A stretch of DNA of 64,000 nucleotides from Eledone cirrhosa (lineage: Eukaryota). How positions within the stretch are numbered: the stretch's first letter is position 1; each line of letters starts with the position of its first letter. The stretch spans positions 141,670,001-141,734,000 of the forward strand of contig OZ024743.1 in assembly GCA_964016885.1 (NCBI GenBank), in the 5' to 3' direction. Shown one piece after another: positions 39,481 to 50,200 of the stretch. The notes beneath the pieces are model-generated. The model did not search any database. It was not told the origin of the DNA and was given only the letters and a program-made list of their open reading frames with translations. Position numbers and translations under genes: made by a program.

Positions 39481-42400
39481 GTTTGGCGTTTGGTGCTTGG
39501 TGCTTGGTATCTGGTTTTTGGTGCTTGATGTTTGGTGTTTGGTGCTTGGTGCTTGGTGCTTGGTGTTTGGTGTTTGGTGCTTGGTGCTTGGTGTTTGGTG
39601 CTTGGTGTTTGGTGTTTCGTGTTTGATGCTTGGTGTTTGCTGCTTGGTGCTTGGTGCTTGGTGTTTTGTGTTTGGTGCTTGGTGCTTGGTGCCTGCTGCT
39701 TGGTGCTTGGTGCTTGTTGTTTGGTGCTTGGTGCTTGGTGATTAGTGTTTGGTGCTTGGTGCTTGCGGTTTGGTGTTTGGTGCTTGGGGTTTGGTATTTG
39801 GTGCTTGGTGCTTGGTGTTTGGTGCTTGGTGCTTGGTGCTTGGTGTTTGGTGCTTGGTGCTTGGTGTTTGGTGCTTGGTGCTTGGTGTTTGGTGTTTGGC
39901 GTTTGCTGTTTGCTGTTTGGTGTTTGGTGTTTGCTGTTTGGTGTTTGCTGTTTGGTGTTTGGTGTTTGGTGCTTGCTGTTTGGTGCTTGGTGCTTGGTGT
40001 TTGGTGTTTGGTGTTTGGTGCTTGGTGCTTGGTGTTTGGTGCTTGGTGCTTGGTGCTGGGTGTTTGGTGCTTGGTGCTTGGTGTTTGGTCCTTGGTGCTT
40101 GGTGCTTGGTGCTTGGTGCTTGCTGTTTGGTGTTTGGTGTTTGGTTCTTGGTGCTTGGTGTTTGGTGTTTGGTGTTTGGTGCTTGGTGCTTGGTGCTTGG
40201 TGTTTGGTGCTTGGTGCTTGGTGATTAGTGTTTGGTGATTGGTGCTTGGGGTTTGGTGTTTGGTGCTTGGTGTTTGGTGCTTGGTGCTTGCTGTTTGGTG
40301 TTTGGTGTTTGGTTCTTGGTGCTTGGTGTTTCGTGTTTGGTGTTTGGTGCTTGGTGCTTGGTGCTTGGTGTTTGGTGTTTGGTGCTTGGTGCTTGGTGTT
40401 TGGTGCTTGGTGCTTGGTGCTGGGTGTTTGGTGCTTGGTGCTTGGTGTTTGGTGCTTGGTGCTTGTTGCTTGGTGTTTGGTCCTTGGTGCTTGGTGCTTG
40501 GGTTTTGGTGTTTGGTGCTTGCTGTTTGGTGCTTGCTCTTTGGTGCTTGGTGCTTGGTGATTCGTGTTTGGTGATTGGTGCTTGGGGTTTGGTGTTTGGT
40601 GCTTGGTGTTTGGTGCTTGGTGCTTGCTGTTTGGTGTTTGGTGTTTGGTTTTGGTGCTTGGTGTTTGATGTTTGGTGTTTGGTGCTTGGTGCTTGGTGTT
40701 TGGTGCTGCGTGCTTGGTGTTTGGTGTTTGGTGCTTGGTGCCTGGTGCTTGTTGTTTGGTGTTTGGTGCTTAGTGCTTGGTGTTTGGTGTTTGGTGCTTG
40801 GTGGCTGGTGCTTGGTGCTTGGTGTTTCGTGCTTGGGGCTTGGTGCTTGGTGTTTGGTGTTTCGTGCTTGGTGTTTGGTGTTTGGTACTTGGTGCTTGGT
40901 GCTTGGTGCTTGGTGTTTGGTGCTTGGTGTTTGATGCTGCGTGCTTGATGTTTGGTGTTTGGTGCTTGGTACTTGGTGCTTGGTGTTTGGTGTTTGGTGC
41001 TTGGTGCTTGGTGTTTGGTGCTTGGTGTTTGGTGTTTGGTGTTTGATGCTTGGTGTTTGCTGCTTGGTACTTGGTGCTTGGTGTTTTGTGTTTGGTGCTT
41101 GGTACTTGGTGATTAGTGTTTGGTGCTTGGTGCTTGCGGTTTGGTGTTTGGTGCTTGGGGTTTGGTGTTTGGTGCTTGGTGCTTGCTGCTTGGTGCTTGG
41201 TGTTTGGTGCTTGGTGCTTGGTGTTTGGTGTTTGGTGCTTGGGGTTTGGTGTTTTGTGCTTGGTGCTTGGAGTTTGGTGCTTGGTGCTTGGTGTTTGGAG
41301 TTTGGTGCTTGGTGCTTGGTGCCTGGTGCTTGTTGTTTGGTGTTTGGTGCTTAGTGGTTGGTGTTTGGTGTTTGGTGCTTGGTGCTTGGTGGCTGGTGTT
41401 TGGTGCTTGGTGTTTGGAGTTTGGTGTTTGGTGCTTGGTGCCTGGTGTTTCGTGCTTGGTGCTTGGTGCTTGGTGTCTGGTGTTTGGTGCTTGGTGTTTG
41501 GTGTTTGGTACTTGGTGCTTGGGGCTTGGTGCTTGGTGTTTGGTGCTTGGTGTTTGATGCTGCGTGCTTGGTGTTTGGTGTTTGGTGCTTGGTGCTTGGT
41601 GTTTGGTATTTGGAGCTTGGTGCCTGGTGCTTGTTGTTTGGTGTTTTGTGCTTGGTGCTTGGTGTTTGGTGTTTGGCGTTTGGTGCTTGGTGCTTGGTAT
41701 CTGGTTTTTGGTGCTTGATGTTTGGTGTTTGGTGCTTGGTGCTTGGTGCTTGGTGTTTGGTGTTTGGTGCTTGGTGCTTGGTGTTTGGTGCTTGGTGTTT
41801 GGTGTTTCGTGTTTGATGCTTGGTGTTTGCTGCTTGGTGCTTGGTGCTTGGTGTTTTGTGTTTGGTGCTTGGTGCTTGGTGCCTGCTGCTTGGTGCTTGG
41901 TGCTTGTTGTTTGGTGCTTGGTGCTTGGTGATTAGTGTTTGGTGCTTGGTGCTTGCGGTTTGGTGTTTGGTGCTTGGGGTTTGGTATTTGGTGCTTGGTG
42001 CTTGGTGTTTGGTGCTTGGTGCTTGGTGCTTGGTGTTTGGTGCTTGGTGCTTGGTGTTTGGTGCTTGGTGCTTGGTGTTTGGTGTTTGGCGTTTGCTGTT
42101 TGCTGTTTGGTGTTTGGTGTTTGCTGTTTGGTGTTTGCTGTTTGGTGTTTGGTGTTTGGTGCTTGCTGTTTGGTGCTTGGTGCTTGGTGTTTGGTGTTTG
42201 GTGTTTGGTGCTTGGTGCTTGGTGTTTGGTGCTTGGTGCTTGGTGCTGGGTGTTTGGTGCTTGGTGCTTGGTGTTTGGTCCTTGGTGCTTGGTGCTTGGT
42301 GCTTGGTGCTTGCTGTTTGGTGTTTGGTGTTTGGTTCTTGGTGCTTGGTGTTTGGTGTTTGGTGTTTGGTGCTTGGTGCTTGGTGCTTGGTGTTTGGTGC

Positions 42401-42560
42401 TTGGTGCTTGGTGATTAGTGTTTGGTGATTGGTGCTTGGGGTTTGGTGTTTGGTGCTTGGTGTTTGGTGCTTGGTGCTTGCTGTTTGGTGTTTGGTGTTT
42501 GGTTCTTGGTGCTTGGTGTTTCGTGTTTGGTGTTTGGTGCTTGGTGCTTGGTGCTTGGTG
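38195..42560 (+). repeat. 2169/2190-bp tandem duplication overlapping the 1609-bp one
   Basis: ORF pairs 38608/40777 and 38947/41116 (2169); 39168/41358, 39745/41935 and 40228/42418 (2190). A 21-bp insertion near 41265 accounts for the change. Confidence 0.9.
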
Positions 42561-43429
42561 TTTGGTGCTTGGTGCTTGGTGCTTGGTGTTTGGTGCTGCG
42601 TGCTTGGTGTTTGGTGTTTGGTGCTTGGTGCCTGGGGCTTGTTGTTTGGTGTTTGGTGCTTAGTGCTTGGTGTTTGGTGTTTGGTGCTTGGTGCTTGGTG
42701 GCTGGTGCTTGGTGCTTGGTGTTTGGAGTTTGGTGCTTGGTGCTTGGTGCCTGGTGTTTCGTGCTTGGTGCTTGGTGCTTGGTGTTTGGTGTTTGGTGTT
42801 TGGTGTTTGGTGTTTGGTACTTGGTGCTTGGTGCTTGGTGTTTGGTGCTTGGTGTTTGGTGATTGGTGCTTGGTGCTTGGTGCTTGGTGCTTGGTGTTAG
42901 GTGTTTGGTCCTTGGTGCTTGTTGTTTGGTGTTTTGTGCTTGGTGCTTGGCGTTTGGTGTTTGGCGCTAGGGGCTTGGTGCTTGATGCTTGGTGTTTGGT
43001 GCTTGGTGCTTGCTGTTTGGTGTTTGGTGCTTGGTGCGTGGGACTTAGTGTTTGGTGTTTGGTGTTTGGTGTTTGGTGCTTGGTGTTTGGTGCTTGGTGC
43101 TTGGTGTTTGGTGTTTGGTGCTTAGTGCTTGGGGCTTGGTGTTTGGTGCTTGGTGTTTGGTGTTTGGTGCTTGGTGCTTGGTGTTTGGCGCTTGGTGCTT
43201 GGTGCTTGGTGTTTGGTGCTTGGTGCTTGGTGCTTGGTGCTTGGTGATTAGTGTTTGGTGCTTGGTGCTTGGTGCCTGGTGCTTGGTGTTTGGCGCTTGG
43301 TGCTTGGTGCTTGGTGTTTGGTGCTTGGTGCTTGGTGCTTGGTGCTTGGTGATTAGTGTTTGGTGCTTGGTGCTTGGTGCCTGGTGCTTGGTGTTTGGTG
43401 CTTGGTGTTTGGTGCCTGGTGCTTGGTGT

Positions 43430-45360
43430 TTGGTGTTTGGTGCTTGGTGCTTGGGGCTTGGTCTTTGGTGCTTAGTGTTTGGTGCTTGGTGTTTGGTGCT
43501 TGGTGCTTGGTGCTTGGTGTTTGGTGTTTGGTGTTTGGTGCTTGGTGTTTGGTGCTTGGTGCTTGGTGCTGGGTGGTTGGTGTTTGGTGTTTGGTGCTTG
43601 GTGCTTCGTGCTTATTGTTTGGTGCTTGGTGCTTGGTGCTTGGTGCTTGGTCTTTGGTGCTTGGTGTTTGGTGTTTGGTACTTGGTGCCTGGTGTTTGGC
43701 GCTTGGTGCTTGGTGCTTGGTGTTTGGTGCTTGGTGTTTGGTGCTTGGTGATTAGTGTTTGGTGCTTGGTGCTTGGTGCCTGGTGCTTGGTGCTTGGTGC
43801 TTGATGTTTGGTGCTTGGTGCTTGGTGATTAGTGTTTGGTGCTTGGTGCTTTGGGTTTGGTGTTTGGTGCTTGGGGTTTGGTGTTTGGTGCTTGGTGCTT
43901 GGTGTTTGGTGCTTGGTGCTTGGTGTTTGGTGCTTGGTGCTTTGTGTTTGGTGCTTGGTGTTTGGTGCTTGGTGCTTGGTGCTTGGTTCTTGGTGTTAGG
44001 TGTTTGGTGCTTGGTGATTGGTGTTTGATGTTAGGTTCTTGGTGCTTGGTGTTTGGTGCTTGCTGCTTGGTGCTTGGTGTTTTGTGTTTGGAGTTTGGTG
44101 CTTGGTGTTTGGTGCTTCGGTCTTGGTGTTTGGTGTTTGGTGCTTGGTGCCTGGGGCTTGTTGTTTGGTGTTTGGTGCTTAGTGCTTGTTGTTTGGTGTT
44201 TGGTGCTTGGTGCTTGGTGGCTGGTGCTTGGTGCTTGGTGTTTGCAGTTTGGTGCTTGGTGTTTGGTGCCTGGTGTTTCGTGCTTGGTGCTTGGTGCTTG
44301 GTGTTTGGTGTTTGGTGCTTGGTGTTTGGTGTTTGGTACTTGGTGCTTGGTGCTTGGTGTTTGGTGCTTGGTGTTTGGTGCTTGGTGCTTGGTGCTTGGT
44401 GCTTGGTGTCAGGTGTTTGGTGCTTGGTGCTTGGTGTTTGATGTTTGGTCCTTGGTGCTTGTTGTTTGGTGTTTGGTGCTTCGTGCTTGGTGTTTGGTGT
44501 TTGGTGCTCGCTGCTTGCTGCTTGGTGTTTGGTGCTTGGTGATTGGTGCTTGGTGTTTTGTGCTTGGTGCTTGGTGTTTGGTGTTTGCTGCTAGGGGCTT
44601 GGTGCTTGATGCTTGGTGTTTGGTGCTTGGTGCTTGCTGTTTGGTGTTTGGTGCTTGGTGCGTGGGACTTAGTGTTTGGTGTTTGGTGCTTGGTGTTTGG
44701 TGCTTGGTGTTTGGTGCTTGGTGCTTGGTGTTTGGTGTTTGGTGCTTGGTGCTTGGGGCTTGGTCTTTGGTGCTTAGTGTTTGGTGCTTGGTGTTTGGTG
44801 CTTGGTGCTTGGTGCTTGGTGCTTGGTGTTTGGTGTTTGGTGTTTGGTGCTTGGTGTTTGGTGCTTGTTGCTTGGTGCTGGGTGGTTGGTGTTTGGTGTT
44901 TGGTGCTTGGTGCTTGGTGCTTATTGTTTGGTGCTTGGTGCTTGGTGCTTGGTGCTTGGTCTTTGGTGCTTGGTGTTTGGTGTTTGGTGCTTGGTGCCTG
45001 GTGTTTGGCGCTTGGTGCTTGGTGCTTGGTGTTTGGTGCTTGGTGTTTGGTGCTTGGTGATTAGTGTTTGGTGCTTGGTGCTTGGTGCCTGGTGCTTGGT
45101 GCTTGGTGCTTGATGTTTGGTGCTTGGTGATTAGTGTTTGGTGCTTGGTGCTTTGGGTTTGGTGTTTGGTGCTTGGGGTTTGGTGTTTGGTGCTTGGTGC
45201 TTGGTGTTTGGTGCTTGGTGCTTGGTGTTTGGTGCTTGGTGCTTTGTGTTTGGTGCTTGGTGTTTGGTGCTTGGTGCTTGGTGCTTGGTGCTTGGTGTTA
45301 GGTGTTTGGTGCTTGATGATTGGTGTTTGATGTTAGGTTCTTGGTGCTTGGTGTTTGGTG
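43430..45360 (+). repeat. Duplicated block with 1302-bp (186-monomer) offset (~43430-44060 vs ~44735-45360)
   Basis: ORF pairs 43479/44781 and 43836/45138; shared TTTGGGT (~43850, ~45152) and TAGGTTC (~44032, ~45334). Confidence 0.8.
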
Positions 45361-47222
45361 CTTGGTGCTTGGTGCTTGGTGTTTGGTGTTTGGTGCTTGC
45401 TGCTTGCTGCTTGGTGTTTGGTGCTAGGGGCTTGGTGCTTGGTGTTTCGTGTTTGGATTTTGGTGCTTGGTGTTTGGTGCTTCGGTCTTGGTGTTTGGTG
45501 TTTGGTGCTTGGTGCTTGGTGTTTGGTGTTTGGTGCCTGGTGCTTGGTGTTCGGTGCTTGGTGTTTGGTGTTTGGTGATTGGTGCTTGGTGTTTGGTGCT
45601 TGGTGCTTGGTGCTTGGTGCTTGGTGTTAGGCGTTTGGTGCTTGGTGCTTGGTGTTTGATGTTTGGTCCATTGTGCTTGGTGTTTGGTATTTTGTGCTTG
45701 GTGCTTGGTGTTTGGTGTTTGGTGCTTGGTGCTTGGTGTTTGGTGTTTGTTGCTTGCTGCTTGCTGCTTGGTGTTTGGTGCTAGGGGCTTGGTGCTTGGT
45801 GTTTCGTGTTTGGTGCTTGGTGCTTGGTGTTTGGTGTTTGGTGCTTGGTGCGTGGGACTTGGTCTTTGGTGCTTGGTGTTTGGTGCTTGGTGTTTGGTGC
45901 TTGGTGCCGGGTGCTTAGTGTTTGGTGTTTGGTGCTTGGTGTTTGGTGCTTGTTGTTTGGTGCTTGGTGTTCGGTGCTTGGTGCTTGGTGCTTGGTGCTT
46001 GGTGTTTGGTGTTTGGTGCTTGGTGATTGGTGTTTGATGTTTGGTCCTTGGTGCTTGGTGTTTGGTGTTGTGTGCTTGGTGATTGCTGCTTGGTGTTTGG
46101 TGCTTGGTGATTGGTGCTTGGTGTTTGGTGCTAGGTGCTTGGTGCTTGGTGTTTGGTGCTTGGTGCTTGGTGTTTGGTGTTTGATGCTTGGTGCTTGGGG
46201 CTTGGTGTTTGGTGCTTGCTGCTTGGTGTTTGGTGCTTGCTGCTTGGTGTTTGTTGTTTGGTGTTTGGTGCTTGGTGTTTGGTGCTTGGTGCTTGGTGCT
46301 GGGTGGTTGATGTTTGGTGCTTGGTGCTTGGTGTTTGGTGCTTGGTGCTTGGTGCTTAGTGTTTGGTGCTTGGTGCTTGGTGCTTGGTGCTTGGTCTTTG
46401 GTGCTTGGTGTTTGGTGTTTGGTGTTTGGTGTTTGTGCTTGGTGCTTGGTGCTTGGTGTTTGGTGCTAGGTGCTTAACGCTTGGTGTTTGGTGCTTGGTG
46501 CTTGGTGCTTGGTGATTAGTGTTTGGTGATTGGTGCTTGGGGTTTGGTGTTTTGTGTTTGCTGTTTGGTGTATGCGGTTTGGTGTCTGCTTTTTGGTGTT
46601 TGGTGTTTGCTGTATGGTGTTTGCTGTTTTGTGTTTCGTGTTTGCTGTTTGGTGTTTGGTGCTTGGTGCTTGGTGCTTGGTGTTTGGTGCTTGGTGCTTG
46701 GTGCTTGGTGTTTGGCATTTGCTGGTTGCTGTTTGGTGTTTGGTGTTTGCTGTTTGGTGTTTGCTGTTTGGTGTTTGGTGCTTGGTGCTTGGTGGCTGGT
46801 GTTCGGCGCTTGGTGTTTGGATTTTGGTCCTTGGTGCTTGGTGCTTGGTGTTTGGTGTTTGGTATTTGGTGCTTGGTGCTTGGTGCTTGGTGTTTGGTGG
46901 TTGGTGCTTGGTGCTTGGTGTTTAATGCTGCGTGCTTGGTGTTTGGTGTTTGGTGCTTGGTGCTTGGTGTTTGGTGATTGGAGCTTGGTGCCTGGTGCTT
47001 GTTGTTTGGTGCCTGGTGCTTGTTGTTTGGTGTTTGGTGCTTGGTGCTTGGTGTTTGGTGCTTGGTGCTTGGTGCTTGATGTTTGGTGCTTGGTGCTTGG
47101 TGTTTGGTGCTTGGTGCTTGGTGCTTGGTGCTTGGTGTTAGGTGTTTGGTGCTTGGTGCTTGGTGTTTGATGTTTGGTCCTTGGTGCTTGGTGTTTGGTG
47201 TTTGGTGCTTGGTGCTTGGTGT

Positions 47223-50200
47223 TTGGTGTTTTGTGTTTGGAGTTTGGTGCTTGGTGTTTGGTGCTTCGGGCTTGGTGCTTGGTGTTTGGTGCTTGGTGCT
47301 TGGTGTTTGGTGCTTGGTGCCTGGTGCTTGGTGTTTGGTGCTTGGTGCTTGGTGTTTGGTGATTGGTGCTTGGTGTTTGGTGCTTGGTGCTTGGTGCCTG
47401 GTGCTTGGTGTTAGGTGTTTGGTGCTTGGTGCTTGGTGTTTGATGTTTGGTCCTTGGTGCTTGGTGTTTGGTGTTTGGTGCTTGGTGTTTGGTGTTTGGT
47501 GTTCGGTGCTTGGTGCTTGGTGTTTGGTGCTTGCTGCCTGCTGCATGGGTTTTGGTGCTTGGTGATTGGTGCTTGGTGTTTTGCGCTTGGTGCTTGGTGT
47601 TTGGTGTTTGGTGTTTGGTGCTTGGTGCTTGGTGCTTGGTGCTTGGTGTTTGGTGCTGCGTGCTTGGTGTTTGGTGTCTGGAGTTTGGTGCTTGGTGCTT
47701 GGTGCCTGGTGTTTCGTGCTTGGTGCTTGGGGCTTGGTGTTTGGTGTTTGGTGCTTGGTGTTTGGTGCTTGGTGCCTGGTGCTTGGTGTTTGGTGCTTGG
47801 AGCTTGGTGTTTGGTGATTGGTGCTTGGTGTTTGGTGATTGGTGCTTGATGCTTGGTTCTTGGCGTTAGGTGTTTGGTGCTTGGTGCTTGGTGTCTGGAG
47901 TTTGGTGCTTGGTGCTTGGTGCCTGGTGTTTCGTGCTTGGTGCTTGGGGCTTGGTGTTTGGTGTTTGGTGCTTGGTGTTTGGTGCTTGGTGCCTGGTGCT
48001 TGGTGTTTGGTGCTTGGAGCTTGGTGTTTGGTGATTGGTGCTTGGTGTTTGGTGATTGGTGCTTGATGCTTGGTTCTTGGCGTTAGGTGTTTGGTGCTTG
48101 GTGCTTGGTGTTTGATGTTTGGTCCTTGGTGCTTGGTGTTTGGTGTTTGGTGCTTGGTGCTTGTTGTTTGGTGTTTGGTGCTTGCTGCTTGCTGCTTGGT
48201 GTTTGGTGCTTGGTGTTTTGTGCTTGATGCTTGGTGTTTGTTGTTTGGTGCTAGGGGCTTAGTGCTTGGTGCTTGGTGTTTGGTGCTTGGTGCTTGCTGT
48301 TTGGTGTTTGGTGCTTGGTGCGTGGGACTTAGTGTTTGGTGTTTGGTGCCTGGTGTTTGGTGCTTGGTGTTTGGGGCTTGGTGTTCGGTGCTTGGTGCCT
48401 GGTGCTTGGGGCTTGGTGTTTGGTGTTTGGTGCTTGGTGCTTGGTGTTTGATGTTGGGTCCTTGGTGCTTGGTGCTTGGTGTTTGGTGCTTGGTGTTTGG
48501 TGCTTGGTGCTTGATGTTTGGTGTTTGGTTCTTGGTGCTTGGTGTTTGGTGTTTGGTGTTTGGTGCTTGGTGCTTGGTGCTTGGTGTTTGGTGCTTGGTG
48601 CATGGTGCTTGGTGCTGCGTGCTTGGTGTTTGGTGTTTGGTGCTTGGTGCCTGGTGCTTGTTGTTTGGTGTTTGGTGCTTAATGCTTGGTGTTTGGTGTT
48701 TGGTGCTTGGTGCTTGGTGGCTGGTGTTTGGTGCTTGGTGTTTGGAGTTTGCTGCTTGGTGCTTGGTGCCTGGTGTTTCGTGCTTGGTGCTTGGTGCTTG
48801 GTGTTTCGTGTTTGGTGCTTGGTGTTTGGTGCTTGGTGCTTGGTGCTTGGTGCTTGGTGTTTGGTGCTTGGTGTTTGATGCTGCGTGCTTGGTGTTTGGT
48901 GTTTGGTGCTTGGTGCTTGGTGTTTGGTGTTTGGAGCTTGGTGCCTGGTGCTTGTTGTTTGGTGTTTGGTGCTTGGTGCTTGGTGATTGGTTTTTGGTGC
49001 TTGGTGCTTAGTGCTTGGTATCTGGTGTTTGGTGCTTGATGTTTGGTGTTTGGTGCTTGCTGCTTGGCGCTTGGTGTTTGGTGTTTGGTGCTTGGTGCTT
49101 GGTGTTTGGTGCTTGGTGTTTGTTGTTTTGTGTTTGGTGTTTGGTGTTTGGTACCTGGTGCTTGGTGCTTGGTGCTTGTTGTTTGGTGCTTGGTGCTTGG
49201 TGATTAGTGTTTGGTGCTTGGTGCTTGCGGTTTGGTGTTTGGTGCTTGGGGTTTGGTGTTTGCTGCTTGGTGCTTGGTGTTTGGTGCTTTGTGCTTGGTG
49301 CTTGGTGTTTGGTGCTTGGTGCTTGGAGTTTGGTGCTTGGTGCTTGGTGTTTGGTGTTTGGCATTTGCTGTTTGCTGTTTGCTTTTTGGTGTTTGCTGTT
49401 TGCTGTTTGCTGTTTGGTGTTTGCTGTTTGGTGCTTGATGTTTGGTGCTTGGTGCTTGGCGTTTGGTGTTTGGTGTTTGGTGCTTGGTGCTTGGTGTTTG
49501 GTGCTTGGTGCTTGGTGCTGGGTGTTTGGTGCTTGGTGCTTGGTGTTTGGTGCTTGGTGCTTGTTGCTTGGTGTTTGGTCCTTGGTGCTTGGTGCTTGCT
49601 CTTTGGTGCTTGGTGCTTGCTGTTTGGTGCTTGCTCTTTGGTGCTTGGTGCTTGGTGATTCGTGTTTGGTGATTGGTGCTTGGGATTTGGTGTTTGGTGC
49701 TTGGTGTTTGGTGCTTGGTGCTTGCTGTTTGGTGTTTGGTGTTTGGTTTTGGTGCTTGGTGTTTGATGTTTGGTGTTTGGTGCTTGGTGCTTGGTGTTTG
49801 GTGCTGCGTGCTTGGTGTTTGGTGTTTGGTGCTTAGTGCTTGGTGTTTGGTGTTTGGTGCTTGGTGGCTGGTGCTTGGTGCTTGGTGTTTCGTGCTTGGG
49901 GCTTGGTGCTTGGTGTTTGGTGTTTGGTGCTTGGTGTTTGGTGTTTGGTACTTGGTGCTTGGTGCTTGGTGCTTGGTGTTTGGTGCTTGGTGTTTGATGC
50001 TGCGTGCTTGATGTTTGGTGTTTGGTGCTTGGTACTTGGTGCTTGGTGTTTGGTGTTTGGTGCTTGGTGCTTGGTGTTTGGTGCTTGGTGTTTGGTGTTT
50101 GGTGTTTGATGCTTGGTGTTTGCTGCTTGGTGCTTGGTGCTTGGTGTTTTGTGTTTGGTGCTTGGTACTTGGTGATTAGTGTTTGGTGCTTGGTGCTTGC

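Noticed and set aside
29120-48100. Two unrelated duplications both near 217 bp (29.1-29.6 kb and 47.7-48.1 kb) as a preferred nucleosome-sized step
   Set aside because: Only two cases, one of them 217-224 bp, while other small duplications are 98, 182 and 245 bp. Coincidence is enough.
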